DNA of 64,000 nt from Azolla caroliniana (lineage: Eukaryota; Plantae; Polypodiophyta): positions 16,988,001 to 17,052,000 of the forward strand of contig JBHGNT010000003.1 of the NCBI GenBank assembly GCA_043228905.1, written 5' to 3'. Positions 10,293 through 21,359 of the stretch are shown here, piece after piece. Position 1 is the first letter of the stretch. Each line of letters begins with the position of its first letter. A program made the position numbers and the translations under genes. Below the pieces are notes generated by a model. That model ran no database searches. It was not told the origin of the DNA and saw only the letters and a list, made by a program, of their open reading frames with translations.

Positions 10293-13200
10293 CCCACCCC
10301 CTCTGAACTTGCACATTGGTTGTGCAGAGTTCATCCAACACTTCTTCCGATTCTTTTAGTTCTTCTACTTCTTCATAAAATTCAGGCTCTAATGACTCCC
10401 TCCTTTTAAATATTTTAATCCTTTTTCCTGCAATTGGGATACGAATTTCTGTCCCATCTAATTCATTGAGGAAATATGTGGCTTTATCTGTTATTTTCCT
10501 AACTTCATAAGGTCCAAACCATCTTTTTGCAAACTTCCGAATAGTACTGTATTGATTATCTAGGCTATTATCATATACTAATACCCAATCTCCCTCTTGC
10601 ATCTTTCTTGGTCGTATTCTTTTCATCTTGTCAAATCTGTCCTTATTCTTGATTCTTGCCTCTTTCAATCTAGTAGCTGCTTTTTCTATGTCTTCTATCC
10701 TTGATTGAAGTTGTCGTATTCGAACCGCAAGTAAATCTTCCCTACTCATTTCTGATTCCCAAGGCAACACAGCCCATGTAGTTATCTTTTCTTCAATTGG
10801 CATTATTGGCTTCTGTCCTGTGATTAATTCTGCAGGCATATATCCAGTAACAGTGCTGTGAGTTGTCCTATCAGCCCATAGTGCATAGGGTAAGGTTTTT
10901 GGCCAATCACTAACCCGTCCTCTACATGCCTTTGCCAAAGCTTTGACTATTGGCCCATGTCCCCTTTCTACCTTTCCATTAGCTTCTGGATTGTACGCCG
11001 TTGTCAAAGAAAGCCGAATTCCTATTTTGTCGAAAAAATCTTGAGCTTCCGCAGAATTGAGTTCTCCCCTATCTGCCACTATCTTCCCGATACATCCATA
11101 TCTACAAACAATGTCCTCCAAGATGAATTGACATACTCCTAATGTCCCTTTTGTTCTCAATGAACGACCTTCCACTTGATTTGTTAGATCTTCTCTAGCA
11201 AGAACCAAGTATCTCTTTTGTCCTACTCCAAGTGGCATTGTTACCAAATCTATCATCCACTTGTAATGCACCCCCGGTGAGTATGTTGGGTGTAATTCAT
11301 CACAAAATTTTACATTTGAATAATATTGACAAGTGGGACAAGTTTCCACATACTTTTTTATTTGCTCATAGTATCGAGGCCACCAAAATCGTTCTTTAAT
11401 CTTACTGAAAGTGGCCCACACTCCTCGATGACCAGCCCATTCTTTGTCATGCAGCTCTTTGATTATCTCCTTTCTTTGCCCTTCAGAACCTATTACTCTT
11501 TGCGGGTTTCCAGTCTTGGTTTTCGGATGTCGCCATAGATATCCTTCATACAGGAAGAACTTATGGGCTTTCTTGCGAAACTGTGCGAACTCTTTTCTAG
11601 ATCGACCTTTGTACTTGTCAGGGGTTTGTAGGTATTTTCCTATTTCCTTGAATTCATCTTCATACTCCTCTTCTAGAAACTGCATTCCTCCTTCCCGAGT
11701 AATGCTTGTGGTAAGTACTGTTTGTTCTTTGTCCTCATCGTCCGAGTCTGGAATCTCCTCTTCCTCATACCTTGCTCTTGATAACATATCTGCTACTGCA
11801 TTTCTATTCCCAGAGATATGTCGAACTTCAGGGTTGATTGATCTAATATAGATACACCATCTTAACATGGCTTGATCTGGAATATCACAATTAGCTATGA
11901 TACCCAGAATAGGCAAACAATCTGTTTCTATTATTACTTCAGCACCAATTAAGTAATCTCTGTCTATCTTTACAGCTGTTACTATCCCCCATAGCTCTCT
12001 TTTCACCTGTGCATATTTTCTTTGTCGACCACTAAGAACCTTTGCCCCGAATCGGACTGGATACCTTTCTTCCCTATCTTGTTGGCTTATCACCCATCCA
12101 ATTCCAATGGGACTAGAGTCTACTGTGAGATATATGGGCCGGGTGTAGTCTGGTTGCTTCAATGGTGGAGCTTGTGCCAAGTAGTACTTCAATTTCTTCA
12201 TTGCCTCTGAATGCTCTTCACTCCATTCAAATGTCTCTCCTTTTCTTAGGAGTCTATATAAAGGTTCAGATAAATGGGCATAATGCGGAATCCATTTACA
12301 GTAAAAAACACATACCCCCAGAAATCTTCGTACTTCTGAGATGGATGTACATTCCTCTTGCATATTTTGAATTGCATTGACTTTGGTTGGGGATGGCTTT
12401 CTCCCATACGGGCCACACATATGACCAACTATTAATATCTCTTTTGCCCCAAATATTGACTTCGCCCCTGATAAGGTCAAATGCACTTCTTCCATCCTTG
12501 ATAGCACCTTCTCACAATCCTTGATATGATCAGCAACGAATTGACGGCAACCACTTTCGTCCAATTCCTCATTCTTCTCTTCCTCCTTGCATCCCTTAAT
12601 TGGAACATCATCTAGAAAAGGCATTGTAATATGAGGAATAAAATCACGAAGTACCTTGTTCATTCCATTCATCATATGCGCCACTGAGTTGGTCGCTCCT
12701 TGCGGCAAGGTGCACATCCGTACTAACCCTATAGGTGTCTTGATAGAAGTTATATCTCGACTTTTGATAGCAAGTTGAAATTGATCATACCCGGAATAAA
12801 GGTCTCCCATTGAATATATAGCTTTTCCTGCAAACATCTCAGCAAACTCATCCACAATTGGCCCTACTCCCGAGTTTCGGATTGTTACCTTATTCATGGG
12901 TTGCATATCTTGGATAAATCGGAGTCGCCCATCTTTCTTTAACACAGTGAACCATCGACTCGAGTAAGGAGCGTTCGATGGTTCCAAGATACCCATCCTT
13001 ATCTTTTCTTTCAAAAGTTCTAATAGTTGAGGGATTCTAGCCCTAGGCATGGGTATTGGCTTAAAGTTCCATGGAATATGAGGGATAGTGAATATAACCA
13101 TGGGCTCCACAATTTCTGGATCCACACACCCTATTTCTTCCGGTTGGAATGCGAACGCCTTTCCATGCCTTTTTAACATCTCCCTGAACTGCTTTTCTTC

Positions 13201-13749
13201 AGCGGGTAATAGGAAGTCACCCCCTCCTATTTTCATCCCTTGTATTGTTTCCGGAGTAAACACATGTCCTACCTTTCGTGGGTCTCTGATCATTGGCTCT
13301 GTGGCTGCTTCTTTGATTGCCTTTTCACTATCCCCTGGAAGTGGAGCAGCAATAGGACGAACCTTCTTCTCCACTGTCTTGTATTTTGTTAGTACATATG
13401 CTTCATGATCCTTTCGAGCAACTTCTTCAATGACCTCATACATCTTGATTGAATGGACAGGAACTTGGATTTCGTTGTCTTCTTCCATTGCTTCCAAATG
13501 AGTTATTGTATCTTCAAAACTTAATTCTTCAAACATATCCTGAATTTCTTCATCATCATCTATTAATCCAGAACACTTAAAGTACTCGAAAGCATTTTGT
13601 ATTTTATTATTATTTACTTTTAGTATAAAAGTAGCACCATTAGATGAGATTGTACAAGGAATATCTTTATTTACATTATTATTTATGGGGTTTTCTTTTA
13701 TGCTCGGGCTATCACAGCCCCTACCTGTAAAAGCCCTATCTAAAAATCC
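10285..13749 (-). CDS. Gypsy pol (RT, RNase H, integrase). The frame is open upstream of ATG 13536 to the gag stop, so it is probably reached by -1 frameshift
   Basis: DLYSGYDQF, LPQGATNS, PFLDDV, TVDSSPIGIG, integrase H-H-C-C (HDKEWAGH...CPTC) and D-D-E core (IDLV, ADRG, NGKVERG), WFGPYEV. I translated 13537-13749 without a stop. Confidence 0.93.
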   Translation of the reverse strand, partial: GFLDRAFTGRGCDSPSIKENPINNNVNKDIPCTISSNGATFILKVNNNKIQNAFEYFKCSGLIDDDEEIQDMFEELSFEDTITHLEAMEEDNEIQVPVHSIKMYEVIEEVARKDHEAYVLTKYKTVEKKVRPIAAPLPGDSEKAIKEAATEPMIRDPRKVGHVFTPETIQGMKIGGGDFLLPAEEKQFREMLKRHGKAFAFQPEEIGCVDPEIVEPMVIFTIPHIPWNFKPIPMPRARIPQLLELLKEKIRMGILEPSNAPYSSRWFTVLKKDGRLRFIQDMQPMNKVTIRNSGVGPIVDEFAEMFAGKAIYSMGDLYSGYDQFQLAIKSRDITSIKTPIGLVRMCTLPQGATNSVAHMMNGMNKVLRDFIPHITMPFLDDVPIKGCKEEEKNEELDESGCRQFVADHIKDCEKVLSRMEEVHLTLSGAKSIFGAKEILIVGHMCGPYGRKPSPTKVNAIQNMQEECTSISEVRRFLGVCVFYCKWIPHYAHLSEPLYRLLRKGETFEWSEEHSEAMKKLKYYLAQAPPLKQPDYTRPIYLTVDSSPIGIGWVISQQDREERYPVRFGAKVLSGRQRKYAQVKRELWGIVTAVKIDRDYLIGAEVIIETDCLPILGIIANCDIPDQAMLRWCIYIRSINPEVRHISGNRNAVADMLSRARYEEEEIPDSDDEDKEQTVLTTSITREGGMQFLEEEYEDEFKEIGKYLQTPDKYKGRSRKEFAQFRKKAHKFFLYEGYLWRHPKTKTGNPQRVIGSEGQRKEIIKELHDKEWAGHRGVWATFSKIKERFWWPRYYEQIKKYVETCPTCQYYSNVKFCDELHPTYSPGVHYKWMIDLVTMPLGVGQKRYLVLAREDLTNQVEGRSLRTKGTLGVCQFILEDIVCRYGCIGKIVADRGELNSAEAQDFFDKIGIRLSLTTAYNPEANGKVERGHGPIVKALAKACRGRVSDWPKTLPYALWADRTTHSTVTGYMPAELITGQKPIMPIEEKITTWAVLPWESEMSREDLLAVRIRQLQSRIEDIEKAATRLKEARIKNKDRFDKMKRIRPRKMQEGDWVLVYDNSLDNQYSTIRKFAKRWFGPYEVRKITDKATYFLNELDGTEIRIPIAGKRIKIFKRRESLEPEFYEEVEELKESEEVLDELCTTNVQVQRGWVS

Positions 13750-15854
13750 TGGGAAAACTCTTCATCCATCTCTTGAATTGGATGTTCCCTCAAGCATTCT
13801 TTGTTTCTTTCATGGTTGGGCCTCACGGTTAAGAATTGGACAGTCTTTCTTCCATCTTGACTCTTGATTCTCGCGAAAGCCGAACCATCATCAATAACCT
13901 TTGTTTCCATCCTCACTGCGGTGATGTAGGGCTGGCCAAGGATGACGGGGTAGGTTGATCGATCCTGTACAAAGAAATTTTGATTCACCGAGACATCACC
14001 AATTGTTACCTTCACACTAGGACATGCTCCGAATAGATCCTCCGTAGTTTCTGTGGCAGCTCTTATTTTCCACCCATGATTCTTGTCGATCGGCCATCGT
14101 CCTCGAGCGTAAAATTCCGATGACATCATGTTAATCTCTGATCCATGATCGATCAAAGCAATACATGGAATTTGCTGCTCCCCAATTTTTGCAGGTGCCT
14201 CCGTTGTTGCTCGAGCCCAATGGTCCCTTGTATAGTGACTCCTATCCCCTTCATGGACGCCAACATCATTCTGGTTTTTTACACTTGCAGCATTGATGGT
14301 GCTACCATACAAATCTTGGAGTGTTGCTGCACACCCTCCCGTAATTTCCTCCGTCACCTGTCTCTTCCTTCTAATAATATCTATGATAACTTCATGAAAT
14401 TCTTTCTTTGCTATACCCAACACTTCTCTTAAAGTAAATTCTACCTTACTATTTAATATTCTTGTTTCTAGTACCTTTTTTATATCCGTCGTTGTTTCTA
14501 TGTCTGAGGCAAGCTTGAAAGATGGGCCTGTCTTTCCTTTTACTTTATCAGCTTCCTTCGGCTCAATAGCACCCTTTTCCATCTCCCTTCTCTTTTGTTC
14601 TCGTGTCTCATGTCTCTTTGTCGGATCAGCTTCCTCAGCTCTCTTCCGCTTCTCTTCCACTAGCACATCTTGTGCATTCACTTGGGCGAATGCTGATAGC
14701 GCGTCTACTGGATCATTCCATCCAGTGAAGTTTCGTATTTCATCTCCCGCTCTTTTTAATTCATCCACTCGAACCTTCCCTTTTCTTGCATAGTCCATCA
14801 CATCTTGCCAAAAGCCAGATCCACCATATGAGTCTTCTACGCGCAATCCTAAGGTTGCCACGGATTGTATCGCTTGAGTCGTTTCTCTCTCGGCATCTTC
14901 CATTAGCCTTTTCATTCCTCCTCGCCCGAAGTTGAGTTGAAGTGGTTGTCGAGTCTCAGTTGAGTGAATCTTGCCATCTTGATAGTAGATTTTATTATGA
15001 TTAAGAGCATCCCTATGCTCTTGACAATCTTTCTTCTGGTGGTCGATACTATCACACCACATACACCTTCGGACCATTCCACCTCCCTGCCTTGATGAAG
15101 TCGAGCTTTGTCCCGATTCTAGCTTCGTCACTTTGATCGACAAGTCTTTCATGCCTTTCACTAATTCGTGTAAGAGTGATTCTTCTACTTTCTTTTCTCC
15201 CGACTCGTTCCCCGTTTCTTCATCATTTCTGTCGGGCAACTCCATAAACCATAACTTTCTTTTGCAGAAATGGGCGCACGCCCTTTTCACCTCCTCCCAA
15301 TCTTCGGTAAGTCCACTTGGACTATTCTGATCTTCTAAAAGCATTCCCAAGTCCTTCCTGTCTTTAATATTAGTAGCTTGTAGAAACAATATTACTTTAT
15401 CTGGCATTATTATATTTCTATCTCTAACACTTAGTTGCTCAAATCTTTCAGAAAACTCTTTTAATACTTCCAAAACACTTAAATGTTTATTAGACTCTAC
15501 CCAATCCATGAAAGCTCGCCTTGTCATCCTTGACATATCGTTGAGGTTGTATTCATTGAGTAATGCCCTTTCGAATGTTGTCCATGTCTGATTCTCCCTT
15601 TGGAGCTCTTGGATCCTCTCTTGTAGCCCAATCGCAGCGACTCGACTAAAGCTATTAATTTTTGTAGCTTCGTCGACACCGCGTTTAAGCATTTCTTCAT
15701 TATAAATCTTCAGAAATCTTGTTAAATTTATACCTTCGAAGATTCCTACTCGTGCGAGAATATTGTCGACGGCTTTGTCGATGCTTGCCATCATCCCTTG
15801 TTCCCGCATCACTCGTTCCATCATCGTACACATAAGCCTCATTTGCTCCTCCAT
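13740..15854 (-). CDS. Gypsy gag-protease (704 aa)
   Basis: Zinc knuckle CMWCDSIDHQKKDC, retropepsin-like ALIDHGSEIN...VILGQPYI. ATG lies just downstream of the PBS. Confidence 0.9.
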   Translation of the reverse strand: MEEQMRLMCTMMERVMREQGMMASIDKAVDNILARVGIFEGINLTRFLKIYNEEMLKRGVDEATKINSFSRVAAIGLQERIQELQRENQTWTTFERALLNEYNLNDMSRMTRRAFMDWVESNKHLSVLEVLKEFSERFEQLSVRDRNIIMPDKVILFLQATNIKDRKDLGMLLEDQNSPSGLTEDWEEVKRACAHFCKRKLWFMELPDRNDEETGNESGEKKVEESLLHELVKGMKDLSIKVTKLESGQSSTSSRQGGGMVRRCMWCDSIDHQKKDCQEHRDALNHNKIYYQDGKIHSTETRQPLQLNFGRGGMKRLMEDAERETTQAIQSVATLGLRVEDSYGGSGFWQDVMDYARKGKVRVDELKRAGDEIRNFTGWNDPVDALSAFAQVNAQDVLVEEKRKRAEEADPTKRHETREQKRREMEKGAIEPKEADKVKGKTGPSFKLASDIETTTDIKKVLETRILNSKVEFTLREVLGIAKKEFHEVIIDIIRRKRQVTEEITGGCAATLQDLYGSTINAASVKNQNDVGVHEGDRSHYTRDHWARATTEAPAKIGEQQIPCIALIDHGSEINMMSSEFYARGRWPIDKNHGWKIRAATETTEDLFGACPSVKVTIGDVSVNQNFFVQDRSTYPVILGQPYITAVRMETKVIDDGSAFARIKSQDGRKTVQFLTVRPNHERNKECLREHPIQEMDEEFSQDF

Positions 15855-15871
15855 TTCTCCTCGTCGCCGCC

Positions 15872-15889
15872 TTCACGTCGGGTTCACCA
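15872..15889 (-). promoter_or_regulatory. Primer-binding site TGGTGAACCCGACGTGAA (tRNA-Trp)
   Basis: 4 nt from the 5' LTR. Matches the tRNA-Trp 3' end complement as I recall it (cf. ASLV PBS TGGTGACCCCGACGTGAT). Confidence 0.85.
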
Positions 15890-15893
15890 AATG

Positions 15894-16028
15894 TGTCGGG
15901 GTAGTTGTGGTTCGTGCGGCGAAGTCGCGGGGACTAAGGTTAAGGGGAGTTGAAGAAACTTAAGTTTAATAAGGCTTGTATGGTGATGATAGAATGTTTA
16001 AGGATAGTAAGATGAAGAGTTACAAGTA

Positions 16029-16103
<75 letters not shown>

Positions 16104-16875
16104 GAGCATAGATAAAAGATAGAGACAATGTGTGATTCAAGAAAGAAGATTGAGACAAAGTATGATTCTAGAAAGAAGATTGAGACAAAGTATGATTCAA
16201 AGAACAAGAGTATATGATATAAGCATGATGTATATTAAAAATATAATATTTTACCAACTTTACAATCCTTGATCGCAAGATGAATCTTCTCAATACCGAC
16301 CCTTGATTTGAACCCTCGACCTCCACTTTGAAACGAGAGGTTCTCCACCCAACGAGCTAATCTTCTTTACTTGCTTCTATTATTTTCTCACTCTCTCTTC
16401 TTTGATTCCTTGATTCCCTTTTGTTTTCCTTTCCTCTCTTTTTATAAGTATTTCCATGCATATGGTAATGTCATGCATGTAATGCATGAGTTTCATCTTA
16501 TGCATGATCGCCATTTGGCGCACATGCATTGCATGTGATGCATGATAGCCATCATGCTCATTTGAGCTCCCATGTATTGGGATAAGTATAATGATGGATA
16601 TAACCCTAAAACAAATAACCTAGCTTAGTGGTGTATGGTTTGTGCTTGATATACAAGGTTGAGGGTTCAAGTTCCTCAATTTTACTTAATACAATATATA
16701 GCTTCATTCTTATATCATGAAGCACATTTATTACACACTTTTACAAATAAATAGCCTAGCCTAGTGGTATGTACATTGTACATCGTATATAAGGATGTGG
16801 GTTCAAGTCTCTCAAATATTATTAAATACAACATTTAAGCTCATTTTTATATCGTGAAGCACATTCTTCACGACA
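15894..16875 (-). repeat. 5' LTR (982 bp) of the nested Gypsy
   Basis: Direct repeat of 9315-10292, followed by TSD CCGT. Confidence 0.95.
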
Positions 16876-19739
16876 CCGTGAAGGAATGCCATCTTCACGT
16901 CCATCTGTTCTACCTCGAGGTCCATGCTTGCCGCTATGCTCAGCACCGTCCGGATGGAGGTCATCTTCACTACCGGGGCAAATATCTCGTCGAAGTCGAC
17001 GCCCTTCTTCTGCTGAAACCCCTTCACCACGATCCTGGCTTTGTATCTCGGGGGGTTTCCGGCATCTCCCGGTTTCAGCTTGAACACCCACTTGTTTCGA
17101 AGTGCCCGCTTTCCTTTCGGCAACTCCACAAGTTCATATGTGTGGTTCTCGTGCAGGGAATCCATCTCGTCCTGCATGGCACTCAACCACCTGCGGCTCT
17201 GGGTGTCATGTTTTGCTTCTTCAAAGCTCTCCGGCTCCCCCTCGTCAGTTAGCAGCACGTGCTCTGGTTCCGGAAATCTCCGGGGGGCCCTTCTCTCCCT
17301 TAGAGGATATCTTCGTTCCGGAGCTTCGGTAACCGGTTCTTCCGATTCTTCTTCATCCGAATCCATTTCGGGATCGGGGCCGGTTCCGGTATCATTTTCG
17401 TCTTCTTCGGCGGGTTCTGTTTCTTCACCGTCTTCGGCCGGATCCTCGAGTGCTAACCGGTCCCTTGCCGGTCGGGACTGCTCCTCGTAGAGTTGATCCT
17501 CACCGGTCGACTTGGAGCTCTTCATCTTCTTCTCCGACTCCAAGTCGGCGAGTGTCTTGTCCTCCATGAAGATGATGTCTCGACTCCTGAATATCTTCTT
17601 GTCGACCGGGTCCCATACTCGGTAGCCGAACTCGTCGTCGCCGTAACCGAGGAATATGCATGGCCGGGTCTTTGGATCTAGCTTTCCTCTCCGGTCCTTT
17701 GCCACATGCACGTAAGCGAGACACCCGAACACCTTCAGATGCCGGTAGGATACTTCCTTACCGGTCCACACTTTCTGCGGCGTGTCTCCGTCCAAAGGTA
17801 CTGAGGGTGATCTGTTTATCACGTATGTCGCCGTCGACATTGCCTCAGCCCAAAACCCCTTGGGTAATTTCGCATGCGCCAGCATACTCCGGACCCTCTC
17901 CATTATGGTCCGGTTCATCCTCTCGGCCAGCCCGTTCAGTTCCGGTGTCTTCGGCACAGTAAACTCGAGCCGGATTCCCTTCGAGCGACAGTACTCCTGG
18001 AACTGCCCCCGGTATTCCCCTCCGTTATCCGCTCGTATCGCTTTCAGCTTCTTGCCGGATTCTCTTTCCACTCTCGCGTGGAGTTCTTTGAAGACGGACA
18101 ATACTTGGTCCTTTGTCTTCAATGGTGCCGTCCACATCTTCCGGCTGTGATCATCAATGAAAGTCACGAAGTACTGGGCTCCGCCATGTGACTTCGTTTC
18201 TACCTGACACACATCAGTGTGCACCAACTCCAGTGGTGCGCTACGTCTCGTCGGTGGCCTTGAGTGGAAGGAGGTTCGGTTCTGCTTACCGGCCAGGCAA
18301 TCGGTGCACTTCTCCAGGTGCACATGCTTCACTGGAATAAGGTTGTCTTCTGCAAGCCTCTTCATCCCCTTCTCACTCATGTGGCACAGTCTCTTGTGCC
18401 ACAGCTCACCGGCAGTGTCGACTGCCACGTTCAGCTCTTCCGGACATAACCGGGCATTCATCAGGTACAGTGTGTTGACCTTCCGGGCCCGAGCCACTAT
18501 CAGGCTCCCCTTGCTGAACTTCATGACACCGTTCCGGATGCTACCCGTGTAGCCTTCATCATCTAGCCTCCCGGCCGAGATCAGGTTCAATCGGACCTCC
18601 GGAACGTGTCGCACATCCTTCAACAGCATCTTGCATCCGGTTGATGTCATCAGCCACACGTCTCCTATGCCGGCAATCCGGCATGTACCTTCATTTCCCA
18701 TCCGGACACAGCCATGCTCACCGGCTGTGTAGGATGAGAAGTATTTCTTCTCCGGGGTCAGGTGGAACGACGCTCCGGAATCGACCACCCAGGTCATCTC
18801 GTCACCGGCAAGGTTCAGCTCCCTCTCTTCGGTAATGAGCATTATTTCTTCTTCACTTGCCGCGAGTGCCGTCGTTCCTTTCCGGTCCTGCCCTCGCCGA
18901 TCCGGACCTCTCCGGTCCGTGGCTCCCCGGTATGCACCGTTTCTCTCCGGTGACTTCTTCGAGTCGGTGTCGTCGGCTCCGTTGTCCTTTCGGTAATGCC
19001 GACAATTCTTCCGGAAGTGCCCCGGCTTCCCACAGTGGAAGCATGTGGGTCTTCCTCTTGACTGCGACCGGGTCCCCGACTTCTCCCGTCTTTGCGGACT
19101 CCGGTTCCATTGTCTTCCCCGTTCCGATTCGGTAAGCAGTGCCTTCGAGTCGGAGACCGGTTCTTTATCTTTCCGACGCGCTTCCTCATTTAGAATGCTT
19201 GTCTTTACCGTTTGTAGAGACAAGTTATCTTCGGTGCAGGAGGTGCTGAGAGTCACCACCAAGTTCTCCCAGCTATCCGGCAATGTACACATCAGGATGA
19301 TGGCTTGCATTGCATCCTCCAACGGGAACTTGATCGCCGCAAGCTGATTCACGAATCCCATGAACGTGCTTACGTGTTCCACCATACTCTCGCCGTCCCG
19401 GTACTTGAGGTTCACTATCTTTCTCATCAGGGAGGTCCGGTTCAACGCATTCTTCCTCTCGTAGAGGCCCGACAGCTTCCTCCACATCTCATATGCGTTG
19501 GTGTCGTTCGCCACGTGTTGTAGAACACTCACGTCGACGTATTGCCGAATGGTTGCAACGGCTTTCCGGTTCAGAAGCCTCCACTCCGTCTCAAGTACCC
19601 CCTTGGGTATTTCCGACCTGTCGATCGGTTCATACAGGTCCCGAACAATGAGCAGATCCTCCATCTTTATCTTCCAGTCGGCGTAGTTCTGCGCATTCAG
19701 CACCATCATCCCCGGCTGCCCGCTGCTGCCGCCTTCCAT
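16876..19739 (-). CDS. Copia-1 gag-PR-integrase-RT N-part
   Basis: True start MEGGSSGQ at 19739. CFHCGKPGHFRKNC, WVVDSGASFH, LWHKRLCH...CTDC, RADNGGEY, GLAERMNRT, DVKMAFLHG cut at the insertion. Confidence 0.94.
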
Positions 19740-19770
19740 TTTCTGTGTTACCGTCGCTCTGATACCACTT

Positions 19771-20460
19771 TGTTGAAATTCCGTGCTCGGCCACAACCGA
19801 GGAATAGGATCAACTCACAGAAAACAGGAAATACAAAATACACGAAGACTATAGAGAGAGGAGTACACAGGATATTTTACGTGGAAAACCCTAAATGGGA
19901 AAAACCACGGGAGTCCTCAAACTCCAACTATCACTATGAACAGGGATGTACAATGGTGAAGCTTCAAGGCAACAACCTTGAGCTCACTGTCTTCGCCACA
20001 GGCGGCGGCAATACACAGAGGCAACGACCTCTTCGTCTCTCTCTCTCTCTCTCGCTCGGCTGCACTCACTTCGCTCTCTCTGCTGAAAACATAAAATGAG
20101 CAACAACAACTACTGTTTGCCCTAAGTCATATTTATACACATATGACTTTCGGGCTATTTACAAATATAGCCTCAAGGGCTCTTGGCAAACATATTCACA
20201 AATATGTCCCCGCATCCGGATCTCTCTCCGGGTACATTCGTCATCCGGCTCCGTCACCGGGGTCTTCATCATCCGGCTCCGTAACCGGGGTCTTCAGCAT
20301 CCGGCTCCGTAACCGGGGTCTTCATCATCCGGATCCGTATCCGGGTACTCTTCATCCGGCTTCATGCCGGGTACTCTTCATCATCCGGTTCCGTAACTGC
20401 AACCGGGCTTGCCGTCATTCATCTCCGGACATCCCATCCGGAGGGACCGAAATCCCAACA
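19771..20460 (-). repeat. 5' LTR of Copia-1
   Basis: Direct repeat of 7401-8090 with adjacent TGGTATCAGAGC PBS. Confidence 0.96.
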
Positions 20461-21264
20461 TGACACACACATTTAGGCGTCGGGCCTGACGCATTTTCTC
20501 CTCTTCGAGAGTGGTATTAACAATATTTTCATCCTTTATTTCATTTTTAATGTTTCTTTTAGCCACATCTACCCAACCCGTTTTTGCTAACTCTATGTTA
20601 TTTTTAACCTCCTCTTTAACTTTTTTGATCTCATCTTTTATATCCTCTATGGAGGATATTTCACCGTCCTCTCGGGATACCTTGATGTCATTAAGTTGTT
20701 GTTTGAGGTTTGTGTTTTCCTCTTTAAGTTTTTCTATTTCGGCCTTGAGGGTGTCTTTTTCCTCTCTATCTTTTTTCTTGTGGGTTTCGACGTCTTTCAC
20801 CCATTTTTTCATATCCGTCTCTATTTTTGTTAAACGGTTAAAAATATCCAAAGAGTTCTCCTTACTTATAGCCTCGTCTTGTGTATCCTTGTGTTCCTCT
20901 CATTTAGACATTGTAGTGTCAATAAGAAAAGAAAAAAAAAGGATAAAATAAATGGGTTCGAGACTTAGCCGAGTTTGTGTTATGTCATAGTCACATCGAC
21001 ATTTTGCACACGACGAGCACGCTAAAAGAACAAGGATGCGCCGCCAAGAGAAGAAACGCGACACTCGGCAACCTCAAGAAACAAGGAGGAGAAGAGCACG
21101 ACAACGGCAATGGCGACTACAACGGATGATGACGAACTGCAACAGGTCGTCCAGCACGCCGACGGCAGCAGACGGCAACGGACGTCAGAGGTGGCAGCGC
21201 GGCAACAGACGATAGCAGCACAATGGGGGGGGGAGTGCAGCTCGGTAGCAGGCGACGGTAATCG

Positions 21265-21265
21265 C

Positions 21266-21344
<79 letters not shown>

Positions 21345-21359
21345 TACGCATACACATAC
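21265..21359. repeat. (CATACA)n hexamer microsatellite
   Basis: About 15 copies directly visible. Confidence 0.97.

Larger units (their letters stand above)
9315..16875 (-). mobile_element. Intact non-chromoviral Ty3/Gypsy LTR retrotransposon nested in Copia-1 RT
   Basis: LTRs 9315-10292 and 15894-16875 (TGTCG...CGACA, differing only in microsatellite length as far as I see). 4-bp TSD CCGT. PBS 15872-15889. PPT AGAGGGGGTGGG at 10293-10304. Domain order gag-PR / RT-RH-IN. Confidence 0.96.
7401..20460 (-). mobile_element. Full-length Ty1/Copia (Tnt1-like) LTR retrotransposon, interrupted in RT by a Gypsy element
   Basis: 690-bp LTRs 7401-8090 and 19771-20460 (one substitution seen). 5-bp TSD TGACA (7396-7400/20461-20465). 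tRNA-iMet PBS 19756-19767. PPT AGGGGGAG at ~8093-8100. Confidence 0.97.
7040..20911 (-). pseudogene. LINE ORF1 in two pieces (20461-20911 and 7040-7400): coiled-coil plus RRM-like/IYLDEDLT C-terminus
   Basis: ATG at 20911 followed by an early TGA at codon 4. Coiled-coil region in 20381..20851. C-terminal KAWRAGR...LVLQF...IYLDEDLTK. Confidence 0.75.

Noticed and set aside
16822-19686. Numerous overlapping antisense ORFs over Copia coding regions
   Set aside because: Expected shadows of GC-rich coding sequence; no motifs.
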